NCBI RefSeq assembly: GCF_035285525.1
Contig: NZ_JAYKGW010000173.1
Location: 21,817 to 53,816, forward strand
Direction: 5' to 3'
From: Okeania sp.
GTDB taxonomy: Bacteria > Cyanobacteriota > Cyanobacteriia > Cyanobacteriales > Microcoleaceae
DNA: 32,000 nucleotides
Made by a program: the position numbers and the translations under genes. A model generated the notes under the pieces. That model searched no databases and was not told the origin of the DNA. It worked only from the letters and a program-made list of their open reading frames with translations. Numbering within the stretch: position 1 is the stretch's first letter; every line of letters begins with the position of its first letter. Positions 17,492 to 26,622 of this stretch are shown piece after piece.

Positions 17492-17647
17492 AAGTAAACA
17501 TAAGAATAATTAACATTAACTTAGCTCAAATTGGCAAAAAAGTGATTCGGATTGTGCTAATTAGTTAATAACTGAAGTATTGCCCAAGTATAGCACTAAT
17601 GCATGGGAATTGGTATAAATTAACCTTAATGTAGACAAAAAAAACTT

Positions 17648-19309
17648 ATGCAAATTGTTAACAGGTTACATTTTCAGAACCTGCGGGGTGACTTACTAGG
17701 CGGAATAACCGCCGCCATTGTCGCACTGCCTTTAGCCTTAGCCTTCGGGGTATCCTCTGGAGCTGGTGCAATAGCTGGTCTTTACGGTGCCATCTTCGTT
17801 GGTTTTTTTGCCGCTCTGTGTGGTGGGACACCCTCGCAAATCAGTGGTCCAACAGGTCCAATGACCGTCATTATGACAGCTGTCTTTAGCAGTTTAATAG
17901 CTGAGAACCCAGATTCAGGTTTGGAGATGGCATTTACTGTAGTTATGCTTGGGGGAATATTCCAGATACTTTTTGGAATCCTGAAACTGGGAAAATATAT
18001 TGTTCTCATGCCCTACGCTGTAATCTCAGGATTTATGTCTGGAATTGGGGTCATAATTATCTTCATTCAAATCGGTCCATTTTTTGGTCATCCTGGTACT
18101 GCTAATGTAATTGAATCAGTTAGCAAAATTCCATATTTCATTAACAATCTAAATCCTGATGTAACTACTCTAGGAATCATCACACTGATAATTCTTTTCT
18201 TGGCACCACGCAGAATAACTGCATTCGTTCCATCTCCACTGTTAGCATTACTAATAGGAACTCTAGTTTCAATATTTTTTCTACCAGTACCAGAGAGTAA
18301 TCTTATTGGAGAAATTCCCACTGGTTTGCCAACACCGCATTTACCAGTATTTTCCTTAGAGCAGATGAAAACAATGCTGGTGAATGGTTTGATGCTAGGA
18401 ATTTTAGGAGCAATAGACTCTTTGCTTACTTCTTTAGTTGCTGACAATATTACTCATACTAATCACGACTCTGATCGCGAATTAATTGGTCAAGGAATTG
18501 GAAATTTAGTGTCGGGGATGTTTGGAGGACTACCAGGAGCGGGAGCAACGATGCGGACTGTAATCAATGTTCATGCTGGTGGTAGAACACCCCTATCAGG
18601 GATTACTCATTCAATTATTTTACTATTCATTTTATTGTGGGCTGCAAAATTCACCGAAGTGATTCCCCAAGCTATTTTAGCAGGAATATTACTCAAAGTC
18701 GGTATTGATATTATTGATTGGGGATTTCTCAAGCGAGCGCATAAGTTATCGCTCAAAGCTACTGGTATTATGTACAGTGTACTTTTGCTAACTGTCTTTG
18801 TCGATTTGATTACTGCGGTCGCTATTGGTGTATTCATTTCTAACCTTTTAACTGTCCAACGCCTCAGCGATATGCAAATTGATGAGGTGAAGTCTATAGT
18901 TGAACCCCATGATGAAGCTCCTTTAAGCGATGAAGAAAAAGAACTTCTTGAGAAAGCTGGAGGTCGCCTCCTGTTGCTACATTTGTCTGGACCAATGAGT
19001 TTTGGAGCTGCCAAAGCTATCTCTGGACAAATGGGGATGGTAGACAAATATGATGTTCTGATTCTCGATCTCAGTGATGTTTCTTATCTTGGGATTACTG
19101 CATCTCTAGCTCTGGAGAATATGATGAAAGAAGCACGTCAAAAACATCGTGAAGTTTTTCTAATTGGGGCATCTGGTTCAGTTAAAGTCAGACTAGGGAA
19201 GTTAGATATCTGGAATTTTTTACCTCAACGAAACCAGGTAGCGACCAGGATGGAAGCTTTGGAGAAAGCACTTATTGTTTTGGATGGCAACATTGCTTTA
19301 TCAAAATGA
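17648..19309 (+). CDS. bicA: SulP-family anion transporter with C-terminal STAS domain, BicA-like (Na+-dependent bicarbonate transporter type)
   Basis: 553-aa ORF. The N-terminus MQIVNRLHFQNLRGDLLGGITAAIVALPLALAFGVSSGAGAIAGLYGAIFVGFFAALCGGTPSQISGPTGPMTVIMTAV and the later ELIGQGIGNLVSGMFGGLPGAGATMRTVINV..GIDIIDWGFLKRAH track BicA of Synechococcus PCC 7002 closely as I recall it. The STAS region is LLLHLSGPMSFGAAKAI..ILDLSDVSYLGITASLALENM. SulP assignment is confident (about 0.95). Bicarbonate specificity is about 0.6. Confidence 0.8.
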   Translation: MQIVNRLHFQNLRGDLLGGITAAIVALPLALAFGVSSGAGAIAGLYGAIFVGFFAALCGGTPSQISGPTGPMTVIMTAVFSSLIAENPDSGLEMAFTVVMLGGIFQILFGILKLGKYIVLMPYAVISGFMSGIGVIIIFIQIGPFFGHPGTANVIESVSKIPYFINNLNPDVTTLGIITLIILFLAPRRITAFVPSPLLALLIGTLVSIFFLPVPESNLIGEIPTGLPTPHLPVFSLEQMKTMLVNGLMLGILGAIDSLLTSLVADNITHTNHDSDRELIGQGIGNLVSGMFGGLPGAGATMRTVINVHAGGRTPLSGITHSIILLFILLWAAKFTEVIPQAILAGILLKVGIDIIDWGFLKRAHKLSLKATGIMYSVLLLTVFVDLITAVAIGVFISNLLTVQRLSDMQIDEVKSIVEPHDEAPLSDEEKELLEKAGGRLLLLHLSGPMSFGAAKAISGQMGMVDKYDVLILDLSDVSYLGITASLALENMMKEARQKHREVFLIGASGSVKVRLGKLDIWNFLPQRNQVATRMEALEKALIVLDGNIALSK

Positions 19310-19357
19310 TAGAAAGTGTTGATGTGAAAATTTACAGGACTTAGGCAAACTAATCAA

Positions 19358-19382
19358 GAAACCGGGTTTATTGCCCGGTTTC
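19358..19382 (+). terminator. Terminator-like hairpin downstream of the bicA-like gene
   Basis: GAAACCGGG-TTTATTG-CCCGGTTTC, 49 nt after the stop, with a weak U-tract (TGTATAAG). The AACCGGGTT hairpin motif recurs at 21733-21778 and 26104-26136. Confidence 0.4.
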
Positions 19383-19456
19383 TGTATAAGTATGAATTAG
19401 GGCTAGCTGATTAAAGATAAAAACATTTAGAGATAAAGGTTTGAACAATTTTAGGT

Positions 19457-19691
19457 GCTGATTTCTCACCGATTTCTCGGGAACCGTACCGTAAAAGTAC
19501 TAGCTTATGGCCTGATGGAGCAGAAAAAGTCAGCCTAAACTGGGTAATGATCAGAGAAAAACTAAGGTAGGATTATGAATAACCACTTTTTCTACAACTC
19601 CCTTAAATCCCAACTCTTAACTACTCCCTACTCCCTACTCCCTGCGTTGTCAAAAAAAAACTTTTACGGTTCCCGATAAATCAGCAAACCC
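19457..19691 (-). mobile_element. MITE-like dispersed repeat, family 1, most complete copy with both inverted ends
   Basis: Left end is GCTGATTTCTCACCGATTTCTCGGGAACCGTACCGTAAAAGTAC. Right end is CTTTTACGGTTCCCGATAAATCAGCAAACCC, the exact reverse complement of the 5' end of the copy at 14075 (the copy at 272 has TAT in place of TTT in the flanking GGGTTT). An internal CCTACTCC x3 tract (19619-19645) is the inverted GGAGTAGG STRR. Confidence 0.6.
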
Positions 19692-19703
19692 TAGTTAATT
19701 CCT

Positions 19704-20210
19704 CTAATTTGTCTGATTAGGGCAAGCAAGCTTAGTTAATTCAACTAATCTATCCTGTGAATTGTTTTCTCTTTTAAGATCATTATATTTATCTTGATAT
19801 TGTTGTTCTACTGTTGTAAATTGCACAATATTGAAGAATTGAGATCTATCATTATCCCGTTTACCGTGAACACGAAGACAAACAGGTTCTTTATTTTCAT
19901 ATGCCTGAACGATTCGTGCTTGCAGCGTTTGAGAATTTCTTTTGTATTGATTATTTCCAGCATCGCCAGCAATCTGGCCTACATAATCTACATTTTTCAA
20001 AACACTAAAATCTTTGGCTTGAGATGCACCGCTATTTAGCCCTGCATCTGTAGGTTGACGATCTGTATAAATCATGGGAGTTAGTTTAGATAATCCTTTT
20101 AACCTATTACCAAAAAAACTTATAAGCTCATTTGTTCCTTCTTGTTCAGCGGAATCATTAAGATGCCACTGAATGTCCTGTGATTTTGACCAAAATCCAC
20201 CTTGATTCAT
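19704..20210 (-). CDS. Hypothetical protein (168 aa), orphan
   Basis: ORF with GAGGA just upstream of the ATG. A TAA lies 8 codons upstream in the same frame, so the start is fixed. No family recognised. It overlaps the upstream ORF by 53 nt. Confidence 0.45.
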   Translation of the reverse strand: MNQGGFWSKSQDIQWHLNDSAEQEGTNELISFFGNRLKGLSKLTPMIYTDRQPTDAGLNSGASQAKDFSVLKNVDYVGQIAGDAGNNQYKRNSQTLQARIVQAYENKEPVCLRVHGKRDNDRSQFFNIVQFTTVEQQYQDKYNDLKRENNSQDRLVELTKLACPNQTN

Positions 20211-20415
20211 AATCCTCGGTAGTCTTTGGACTTATAAGTGCTTTAAATTGTACGAAATCAACAACTAATCCTATCATATTACTCATAATACCACCAAGAG
20301 TAGCAGCCAAAATCAGCATCCTATTTCTAAGGAGAGGCTGAATAAATCTGTGCAATAAATTATTGGATTGATTGCCCTGAGTGTTTTGATTATTTGGATT
20401 TTGTTGAGTAGTCAT
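20158..20415 (-). CDS. Possible small membrane protein (85 aa; Q/N-rich N-terminus plus one TM helix), or the N-terminal part of a frameshifted gene
   Basis: MTTQQNPNNQNTQGNQSNN..RNRMLILAATLGGIMSNMIGLVV contains a clear TM segment. The 3' end overlaps ORF 19704-20210 in another frame. Confidence 0.3.
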   Translation of the reverse strand: MTTQQNPNNQNTQGNQSNNLLHRFIQPLLRNRMLILAATLGGIMSNMIGLVVDFVQFKALISPKTTEDYESRWILVKITGHSVAS

Positions 20416-20587
20416 AACTGCACCTAATGTTGAAGTTTTGGTTTTAGTAAATCAAGAGATGAAAATTTCGAGGCTATCCAAAGCGATAGCCGCGAATATC
20501 TGACTAAGAGCGTTACCCTTAGAAGAAAATCACCTTATAATTATCAACACCAGTAACTAAGCTCTTTCCAGAATAAATTATTGTTTA

Positions 20588-21485
20588 TTAGGAATCTGAC
20601 TGATAAATTTGCCGTAATTGTTCAATAGTTTCTACAGTTTTGAGAGAGGAAAGAATTGTTTCTAAAAGCTGAATATTTTCCAGATTATTAATTTCGGAAA
20701 ATATCTCTTTTCCTGATTGGCCAAATTTCAATTCTAATCCTAGTTCTATTCCGGAAAGTATTCCTTGTTGTTGACCAATTTCAATGCCTCGTTGTTCACC
20801 CCGTTGTTGACCAATTTCAATACCCTCTTGTAATATTTGTTGATACCAAGGAGATTGTTGTAATACTGCCATATCCCACCTCATTATTTGTTGTATTACT
20901 TCTGTCTTTAATACAAATGTAGCAAAAAATGCTAGTAAATTTTCTAATTCTAAGAGTTGTTCATCCTCCCGTAAAAGTTGCAATGCTTTTCTCACAGTTC
21001 CTTCTTCTCCTCCTCCTTTCAGAATTGGAACAAAAGGCAGTAGAGAAGGTAGAGGTTGTTGAAAAACTGCTTCTGCTTCTACTTCCCACAAGTTAATAAC
21101 AAGGGTAGTCTTGATACGCCTTCAGATTGAGAAATTCTGATTCATAACAATTGACTATTTCTGTTTTTTCGCTTGGTTGGAGAATGTTGATTAACACAGG
21201 ATAAACTGGTTTTTGGTACTTTTCTTCTGCCAATCCTGCATAAGCACGCATCCGACGTGGCATTTTTGCATCGTATCTTAATTGGATTTCATTGAGAACC
21301 AAAAATTCTCCATGTTCTGGTGTTGAAGCAGTTACTAAAACATCTCCTTCTCGACTTAACCATTGGAAGTCTGAAGATGCTATTTCTTTGACAGTAACAT
21401 TGGTAATTTATGTCACCCATTCCACCCAACGAGTAGGAGAAATTCCAATTATTCGTTTACTACTAATATCAACTTTTTTTGTCAT
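20588..21485 (-). pseudogene. Decayed Rpn-family / DUF4351-type PD-(D/E)XK putative transposase gene (one nonsense codon plus one frameshift)
   Basis: The minus strand from ATG 21485 reads MTKKVDISSKRIIGISPTRWVEWVT, then an in-frame TAA (21408-21410), then ITNVTVKEIASSDFQWLSREGDVLVTASTPEHGEFLVLNEIQLRYDAKMPRRMRAYAGLAEEKYQKPVYPVLINIL. A frame change near 21093-21105 leads into VINLWEVEAEAVFQQPLPSLLPFVPILKGGGEE...IEIGQQRGEQRGIEIGQQQG (track ORFs 21093-21302 and 20588-21091). Confidence 0.7.
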
Positions 21486-21570
21486 TGATGAAGTTGAATA
21501 ATTTCTGTTTGTTAAAAATTATCATATAGCAGTCTTCAAGTCAATGAAATACATTCAAAAAATAATACCC

Positions 21571-21625
21571 TAGGGGTTTGGTCTCCTTTCCCCAAGTGCT
21601 AAGGGATTTGGAGACCAAACCCCTA
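21571..21625. repeat. Perfect 16-bp-stem hairpin repeat (family 5: TAGGGGTTTGGTCTCC)
   Basis: TAGGGGTTTGGTCTCC (21571-21586) is the exact reverse complement of GGAGACCAAACCCCTA (21610-21625). The adjacent CAGCTTTTTCTCACA matches, inverted, TGTGAGAAAAAATGTAGGGTTTTGGTCTCC at 14361-14390. Confidence 0.65.
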
Positions 21626-21726
21626 CAGCTTTTTCTCACATCTCATTCCTGATTGCTATATAAGGGCGAATGCCATTCTCCCCTACTTTGTCTCAAATGA
21701 AAAGCGCTGTCATAGATTTATTCCCA

Positions 21727-21780
21727 ACAAAAAACCGGGTTGATTGCTCTATTGTTGTTAGCGCTAATCAACCCGGTTTC
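21727..21780 (-). terminator. Rho-independent terminator candidate for the M16 protease gene
   Basis: On the minus strand: AACCGGGTTGATT, a 20-nt loop, AATCAACCCGGTT, then TTTTGTTGG. It lies about 200 nt downstream of the stop at 21977. Confidence 0.4.
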
Positions 21781-21976
21781 TACCAGTGCGATTTTTCGCT
21801 TCAGATTCTTGTTCGCTTCGGGTTGATATTATTTCATGTCCGCATAATAAGTGATCAAAGACTTTTATCGCTTTAGACCAATATTTCCTTCTGCTTCCCC
21901 CCTTTCAAAAGGGGGTGGGTAGGGGGGATTTCCTCTGGTGTTCCTCTGAAGTTTAACTATTCAACCGAACATGATA

Positions 21977-24940
21977 TTACATAATATCAGAAATTTTCAA
22001 TGGTTCTGCTTCCATTTCCCCATTTGCTGCTGCCAATTTTTCGCGAGAAGACATAACGCAAACATTGTTACGTTCCATCCCCGCAGTGAATACATCCAAT
22101 AAAGTTTGCTTCACATCCGCAACTGTAGCTTTCAGCGATCGCTCATAACGTTCTTCTCTCAACTCAGCAGTTTGCGCTGTCAAATAACGTTCCAAAGCTA
22201 AACTTGTTGCCACCTCTGGACGCAAAACTGGAGAATCATCTTGAGTTGTCGCAATAATGGCGCGGTCAACATCAGTCTGAGTCCAATCTAAATTCTTGAG
22301 ATAATCTATGATACCAGCAAATACATCCAGAGTCCGAGTAACATGGGGGTCGCGATAGGAATACAAAGAAACAGTCTTTCCTAAACCACTATAACGACAT
22401 CCTGCACCGTAAGCATTACCCTTCAAACGAATTTCTGTGAATAGATAACCCAAACCTAATAAATGAGCGCCCAACTTTAAAAGTGGCGATCTTTCATCAC
22501 TGAAATGAGGTGCTGGCATCATCTGAACACAATAAGCTACCTGTACTGGACCAGCTAAACCTTCCCGGATATTGTAAATTGGTTCAAAGCGACTACCAAA
22601 AATATCTCCTTCTTGTTGTTGTTGCTGACTACCCCATTCGGAAAGAGTTTTCTTGACTACCTCATAAGCACCATCTGAACCAGTGAAGCTAGCAGTCAAT
22701 GGTTGATTAGCAATAAAATCTCGGATAGTTTCAATCTGAGTCATCAAATTTGCCCCATGCTCATCAAAGCGAGCGCAGACTTTATTCAACAACTCTAGTT
22801 GAGGTAAACCATTAACAATCTCACTAAGACTAGCTTCTTTTGTCATACCAGCACCAGCTCGCGACATAGCTGTATACATACCATTGTAAATCAAATCAGA
22901 ACTAGATTGAGCTAGAGATTGAGTCATCACCTCCCGTAGTCGAGCAGTATCGCGAGGGTTGACAGCAAAAATTATATTGCGCAATAGTTCTAATGCAGGT
23001 TCAATCTGTTCATCTAGAGTTTTCATGGTAACGCGGAGTCCGTACACAGGACGATAAGCGTCTTGAGCATAAGTGCGCAACTGAGATTGAAAACCAATTC
23101 CTCCAGTATAAGCAGTAATACCACGAGCAACCTGTTCGTAGTTCATTTCCCCTGCACCTAATTTCCGGAGTGCATCTATATAAACAGATACATACAACCA
23201 CAACTCTTCAGGCAACCCCCGCAAACTGAAATCTAGTTGTAAATAATTTACCCCATTTGTCAATACATGATTCCGTAATAGTGTGACTCCACCATCAATT
23301 TCTTCGACATCAGTGGGAATATGTTCTGGTTTTTCGGGTAGATCGCTAACTTGTAGTTGAGGCAGTTTAGCTACTGCTTCGGGAGCATTGGGAGTTCCTG
23401 ACTCTAGTTGTAATTCTTCTGCTTCCTTCGCTATCTGCTCTAATTGTTCTGGAGTTAGTTGAGAACGAACTTGTTCTACTTGTTCGACTACCGCTTGGTC
23501 ATAGTTAGCTTGCCATTCTTGGTCTGGTTTTAATACCAAAGTCAAACGGTGGGGGTTGTCGAGTAATTTTTCCCGAATTAAATCGTTGAAATAGTTGGGG
23601 TTTTCCGCATAACGCTGTTTACATTCAGCGAGGCGATCGCTAATCTGTAAAAATGCTAATGGATCGCTATCATAAATCCAAGTTTGCATCACTCGGAACA
23701 ACATCCGCAAAGGATACATCCGAGCAACTTCTTGATGTTGATAAATTGCCTGTTGGAATGCTCCTTCAACCATACTAGGTTCAATTTCCCCGTCAGCAAT
23801 TATTTTTAGGGTATTGATAACTAACTGAGTAAATGCTTCACCTTGATCCGGTTCACTGCCTTGAATACCCAAAACGAAAGTAGCTTCCTTACCCACAGAA
23901 TCATTTCCAGAACGTAGTAAGTCTTTACCGATTTGGGATTCAATGATCGCTTTTTTCAAGGGAGCTGCTTCATTTCCTAATAAAATGCGACTGAGAATAT
24001 CCCAAGCTACCCATTCCTCAGAGTTGGTGCTATCTCCTACTAACCATTTCAGCAGTATATAAGTTTTCTCTGTGGTTTCGTCTGCTGCACTAACAGGATA
24101 AGGTTCTTCTTTGAACTGAGGTTCACTCCAGCGAGATTGAGGATTAATATTAATATTGGGTTCCCGTCTTTCAAAAACATCTAACTTTCCAGCTAAAAAG
24201 TTCAGATATTCGGGAGTGGGAATATTGCCATAGAAAACAAAGTGAGCATTACTAGGATGATAATAGTTAGCATGAAACTCACGGAAGTCTTCGTAAGTCA
24301 GTTCGGGAATATTTTTCGGATCGCCTCCGGACTCCAGACCGTAAATATTATCAGGAAATAGAATTTGATTAGCAATACTCTCTAACCTTTGTTCGGGGTC
24401 AGAAAAAGCGCCACTCATTTCGTTGTAAACTACCCCAGTAAATTTTAATTTCCCTGTAGGGTTTTCGGGGTCAGCAGGAGCTAAGTGATGTCCTTCTCGT
24501 TTAAAAGTATTTTCAGTCAGCAGTGGATGAAATACAGCATCAAAATATACTTCTGCCAAATTAAATAAGTCTTGTTTGACTTTACTGGAGACTGGATAGT
24601 AAGTGCAGTCAGGACCAGTCATAGCATTAATGAAGGTTGCTGGACTCATTTTTAGCATTTCAAAAAATGGTTCCTTTACAGGATATTTTTTTGAACCTGC
24701 TAATACCGAGTGTTCTAGGATGTGGGGTATTCCCGTACTATTTGGAGGCGGGGTAGGAAAACTAATTGAAAATAGATTTTCGGCATCCTCTGAATAAAGA
24801 TGTAAGAGTTTAGCACCTGTTTTCAGATGTTCTAGTTGATAGGCGACCATCTGCTGTTGCTTTAGGTCAGTAATGGCTTTTACTTCAAAGCCTTCTAGTT
24901 GTTGTCCAACTTCTAAGGTTCTTTCGGTTAATATGGGCAT
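21977..24940 (-). CDS. M16-family zinc metallopeptidase, PreP-like (presequence protease / M16C type)
   Basis: 987-aa ORF with the inverted zinc motif HILEH in GIPHILEHSVLAGSKKYPVKEPFFEMLKMSPATFINAMTGPDCTYYPVSS and ..YNEMSGAFSDPE... The size and four-domain length are typical of PreP/M16C enzymes. Confidence 0.9.
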   Translation of the reverse strand: MPILTERTLEVGQQLEGFEVKAITDLKQQQMVAYQLEHLKTGAKLLHLYSEDAENLFSISFPTPPPNSTGIPHILEHSVLAGSKKYPVKEPFFEMLKMSPATFINAMTGPDCTYYPVSSKVKQDLFNLAEVYFDAVFHPLLTENTFKREGHHLAPADPENPTGKLKFTGVVYNEMSGAFSDPEQRLESIANQILFPDNIYGLESGGDPKNIPELTYEDFREFHANYYHPSNAHFVFYGNIPTPEYLNFLAGKLDVFERREPNININPQSRWSEPQFKEEPYPVSAADETTEKTYILLKWLVGDSTNSEEWVAWDILSRILLGNEAAPLKKAIIESQIGKDLLRSGNDSVGKEATFVLGIQGSEPDQGEAFTQLVINTLKIIADGEIEPSMVEGAFQQAIYQHQEVARMYPLRMLFRVMQTWIYDSDPLAFLQISDRLAECKQRYAENPNYFNDLIREKLLDNPHRLTLVLKPDQEWQANYDQAVVEQVEQVRSQLTPEQLEQIAKEAEELQLESGTPNAPEAVAKLPQLQVSDLPEKPEHIPTDVEEIDGGVTLLRNHVLTNGVNYLQLDFSLRGLPEELWLYVSVYIDALRKLGAGEMNYEQVARGITAYTGGIGFQSQLRTYAQDAYRPVYGLRVTMKTLDEQIEPALELLRNIIFAVNPRDTARLREVMTQSLAQSSSDLIYNGMYTAMSRAGAGMTKEASLSEIVNGLPQLELLNKVCARFDEHGANLMTQIETIRDFIANQPLTASFTGSDGAYEVVKKTLSEWGSQQQQQEGDIFGSRFEPIYNIREGLAGPVQVAYCVQMMPAPHFSDERSPLLKLGAHLLGLGYLFTEIRLKGNAYGAGCRYSGLGKTVSLYSYRDPHVTRTLDVFAGIIDYLKNLDWTQTDVDRAIIATTQDDSPVLRPEVATSLALERYLTAQTAELREERYERSLKATVADVKQTLLDVFTAGMERNNVCVMSSREKLAAANGEMEAEPLKISDIM

Positions 24941-25194
24941 AAAAAAATGAATTACTATTTTTTTGACTTATTCTTAGTTTAGACTATTTCTAATATTCGG
25001 TTTACTCACCTAGTCAGGTACGGCAGAAAAGTGCGAAGTGTGGGAAGATAGAATAATTTTAGGATAAAGCAATCCGTACATAGGTTGTAACAATTCAAAA
25101 ACTAGAAATAAACTCCCAAGCTCTTGCCTATTGCCCATTGCCTCCATACCCATTCCCGAAAAGCGGTAACATTTTTATAGACAAATAAAATAGG

Positions 25195-25400
25195 CAGGAC
25201 TAAAGTCATGAGGAACGCAATTTTCTTGGCTTGAGATTGCTTTCATGAGGTCATGCTGCCCTTTCCATGTCGCGGAGCGAAACGCTTTCGCTTGCGCTGC
25301 GCTTTTCATGTCGCGTAGCGTTATCTTATAGGGACTGCTACCCAAACATTTCGGCTCAAGCCCCGAAAACGCAATGACAGAAATACGTTGCCCGTGCGTA
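25195..25400. repeat. Mosaic of dispersed repeat words (GCGCTTTTCATGTCGCG, TCGGCTCAAGCCCCGAAAACGC, GTGCGTAAGTC)
   Basis: The same words occur, partly inverted, at 28436-28570 (CGCGACATGAAAAGCGC, TCGGCTCAAGCGCCGAAACGC, TTGCGTAAGTCC). It lies in the divergent promoter region between the M16 protease and DUF1499 genes. Confidence 0.45.
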
Positions 25401-25511
25401 AGTCATGTAAAATATGATTGCTATAGAGGTAAATATATTTTACTTTTTTCCCAAAGTCCAGGTATAGAATAATATCTGGTTATCTAAATAAAACTATTTC
25501 TGAAATAAACC

Positions 25512-26036
25512 ATGGAAACAACAGAAAAAAAATCTTCTAACCTTTTGCAAATAATGTTTAATATTACGATTATTTTATTAGTAGTAGTTGCTATTGTGGT
25601 AGGAATTAATATTGGTACTAATGGTAAACTCACTCTATTTGCTGGCACGAGACCTGATAATTTGGGTGTATATTCTGGACGACTTGCACCTTGTCCTAGT
25701 AGTCCAAACTGTGTTAGTAGTTACAGTCAGGATGCACAACATGGTATTGTTTCTTTGAGCTATGATTCTGAACCGGAAAAGGCGATCGCTAACCTGAAAG
25801 AAATAATTGTATCTATACCTCGAACTAATATTGTTAAGGAAGATGAGGATTATTTGTATGCAGAGTTTACCAGTAAAATTATGGGTTATGTGGATGATGT
25901 AGAATTTTATGTGGATCGGGATGCTAATGCGATTCAAGTCCGTTCTGCTTCTCGTTTGGGAGAGTCAGATTTGGGTGTTAATAGGGAGCGAGTCGAAACT
26001 ATTCGGGAAAAGTTTAATGAATTGAAAAGTGTTTAG
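25512..26036 (+). CDS. DUF1499 domain-containing protein with an N-terminal membrane anchor
   Basis: 174-aa ORF with a TM helix (LLQIMFNITIILLVVVAIVVGI), then CPSSPNCVSS and ..EFYVD.....I.VRSASRLGESDLGVNRERVE, as I recall for DUF1499. Confidence 0.7.
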   Translation: METTEKKSSNLLQIMFNITIILLVVVAIVVGINIGTNGKLTLFAGTRPDNLGVYSGRLAPCPSSPNCVSSYSQDAQHGIVSLSYDSEPEKAIANLKEIIVSIPRTNIVKEDEDYLYAEFTSKIMGYVDDVEFYVDRDANAIQVRSASRLGESDLGVNRERVETIREKFNELKSV

Positions 26037-26103
26037 TGAATGAATAAATAGAGATTTTAGTTGGTTTCAACTTATCGCAACTTTATAATACAAAAACCTA
26101 CTA

Positions 26104-26136
26104 AGAAACCCGGTTTTTTGAAAAAACCGGGTTTCT
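26104..26136. terminator. Bidirectional terminator-like palindrome
   Basis: AGAAACCCGGTTTTT TG AAAAACCGGGTTTCT has 15-nt perfectly complementary arms and lies 68 nt after the DUF1499 stop. T-runs are present in both orientations. Confidence 0.55.
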
Positions 26137-26307
26137 GGACAAGCTCAAATTTTGCCGATTTTAAAATAACATAGGACTTACGCAGTGACGCTACATATAG
26201 CGCTCACAACTATGGTGACATAGTTTTTTGACTCTATAGATAGTACCTTTCCGTAAGTCCTGTAACAATTTTAAAGACCTTAATTTTGTTCAAATAGAAC
26301 AGTTTAT

Positions 26308-26394
26308 TAGGGTGTGTTAGCGGAACAAAATGGAGGGTAACGCACCTTTTTTGATGTTATTGGTGTGTTAAAAAGTGCGCTAACGCACCCTACT
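26308..26394. repeat. Family 2 inverted-repeat element (short copy)
   Basis: TAGGGTGTGTTAGCGGAAC..GGTAACGCACC ... GGTGTGTTAAAAAGTGCGCTAACGCACCCTACT has the same arm sequences as 5625-5769. Confidence 0.6.
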
Positions 26395-26612
26395 GGACTG
26401 TTTCACCTTAAATGGTGGATTAGGAAGACACCGTAGGGGCGGGTTTTACAAGTGAGTTAACGAGTTTTCATGGATTTCTCACATAAACCCCCTATGATAT
26501 GAACCGCTTCTCAGGGGCGGGTTTATGTAAATCCTAGAAAGAGATGAAAATTTCTGCTCAAACCCGCCCCTACCTATTGCACCATTTTAGATGAAACACT
26601 CCACTACTGGAC
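26392..26612 (+). mobile_element. MITE family 3 copy A (TIR about ACTGGACTGTTTCACCTTAAATGG; internal AGGGGCGGGTTT/AAACCCGCCCCT hairpins)
   Basis: The terminal inverted repeats pair: GGACTGTTTCACCTTAAATGG with CCATTTTAGATGAAACACTCC. The interior is the reverse complement of 28105-28347. The element ends about 10 nt from the stop codon of the Rpn gene. Confidence 0.65.
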
Positions 26613-26622
26613 TTTTTCATTA

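Noticed and set aside
17500-17647. CcmR/CmpR-type LysR binding site and promoter upstream of the bicA-like gene
   Set aside because: TTA-N-TAA-like words (TTAACATTAA, TTAGTTAATAA) and a TATAAA box are present. In DNA this AT-rich they are expected by chance, so they are not reported as features.
17782-19047. Three minus-strand ORFs (75, 119 and 146 aa) inside the bicA-like gene
   Set aside because: They are antisense shadow ORFs of a strongly supported, relatively GC-richer CDS.
21292-21876. Track ORFs 21292-21501 (+) and 21670-21876 (+)
   Set aside because: The first is antisense to the N-terminal part of the decayed Rpn-like gene. The second spans hairpin repeats and a terminator-like palindrome. 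No motifs support either.
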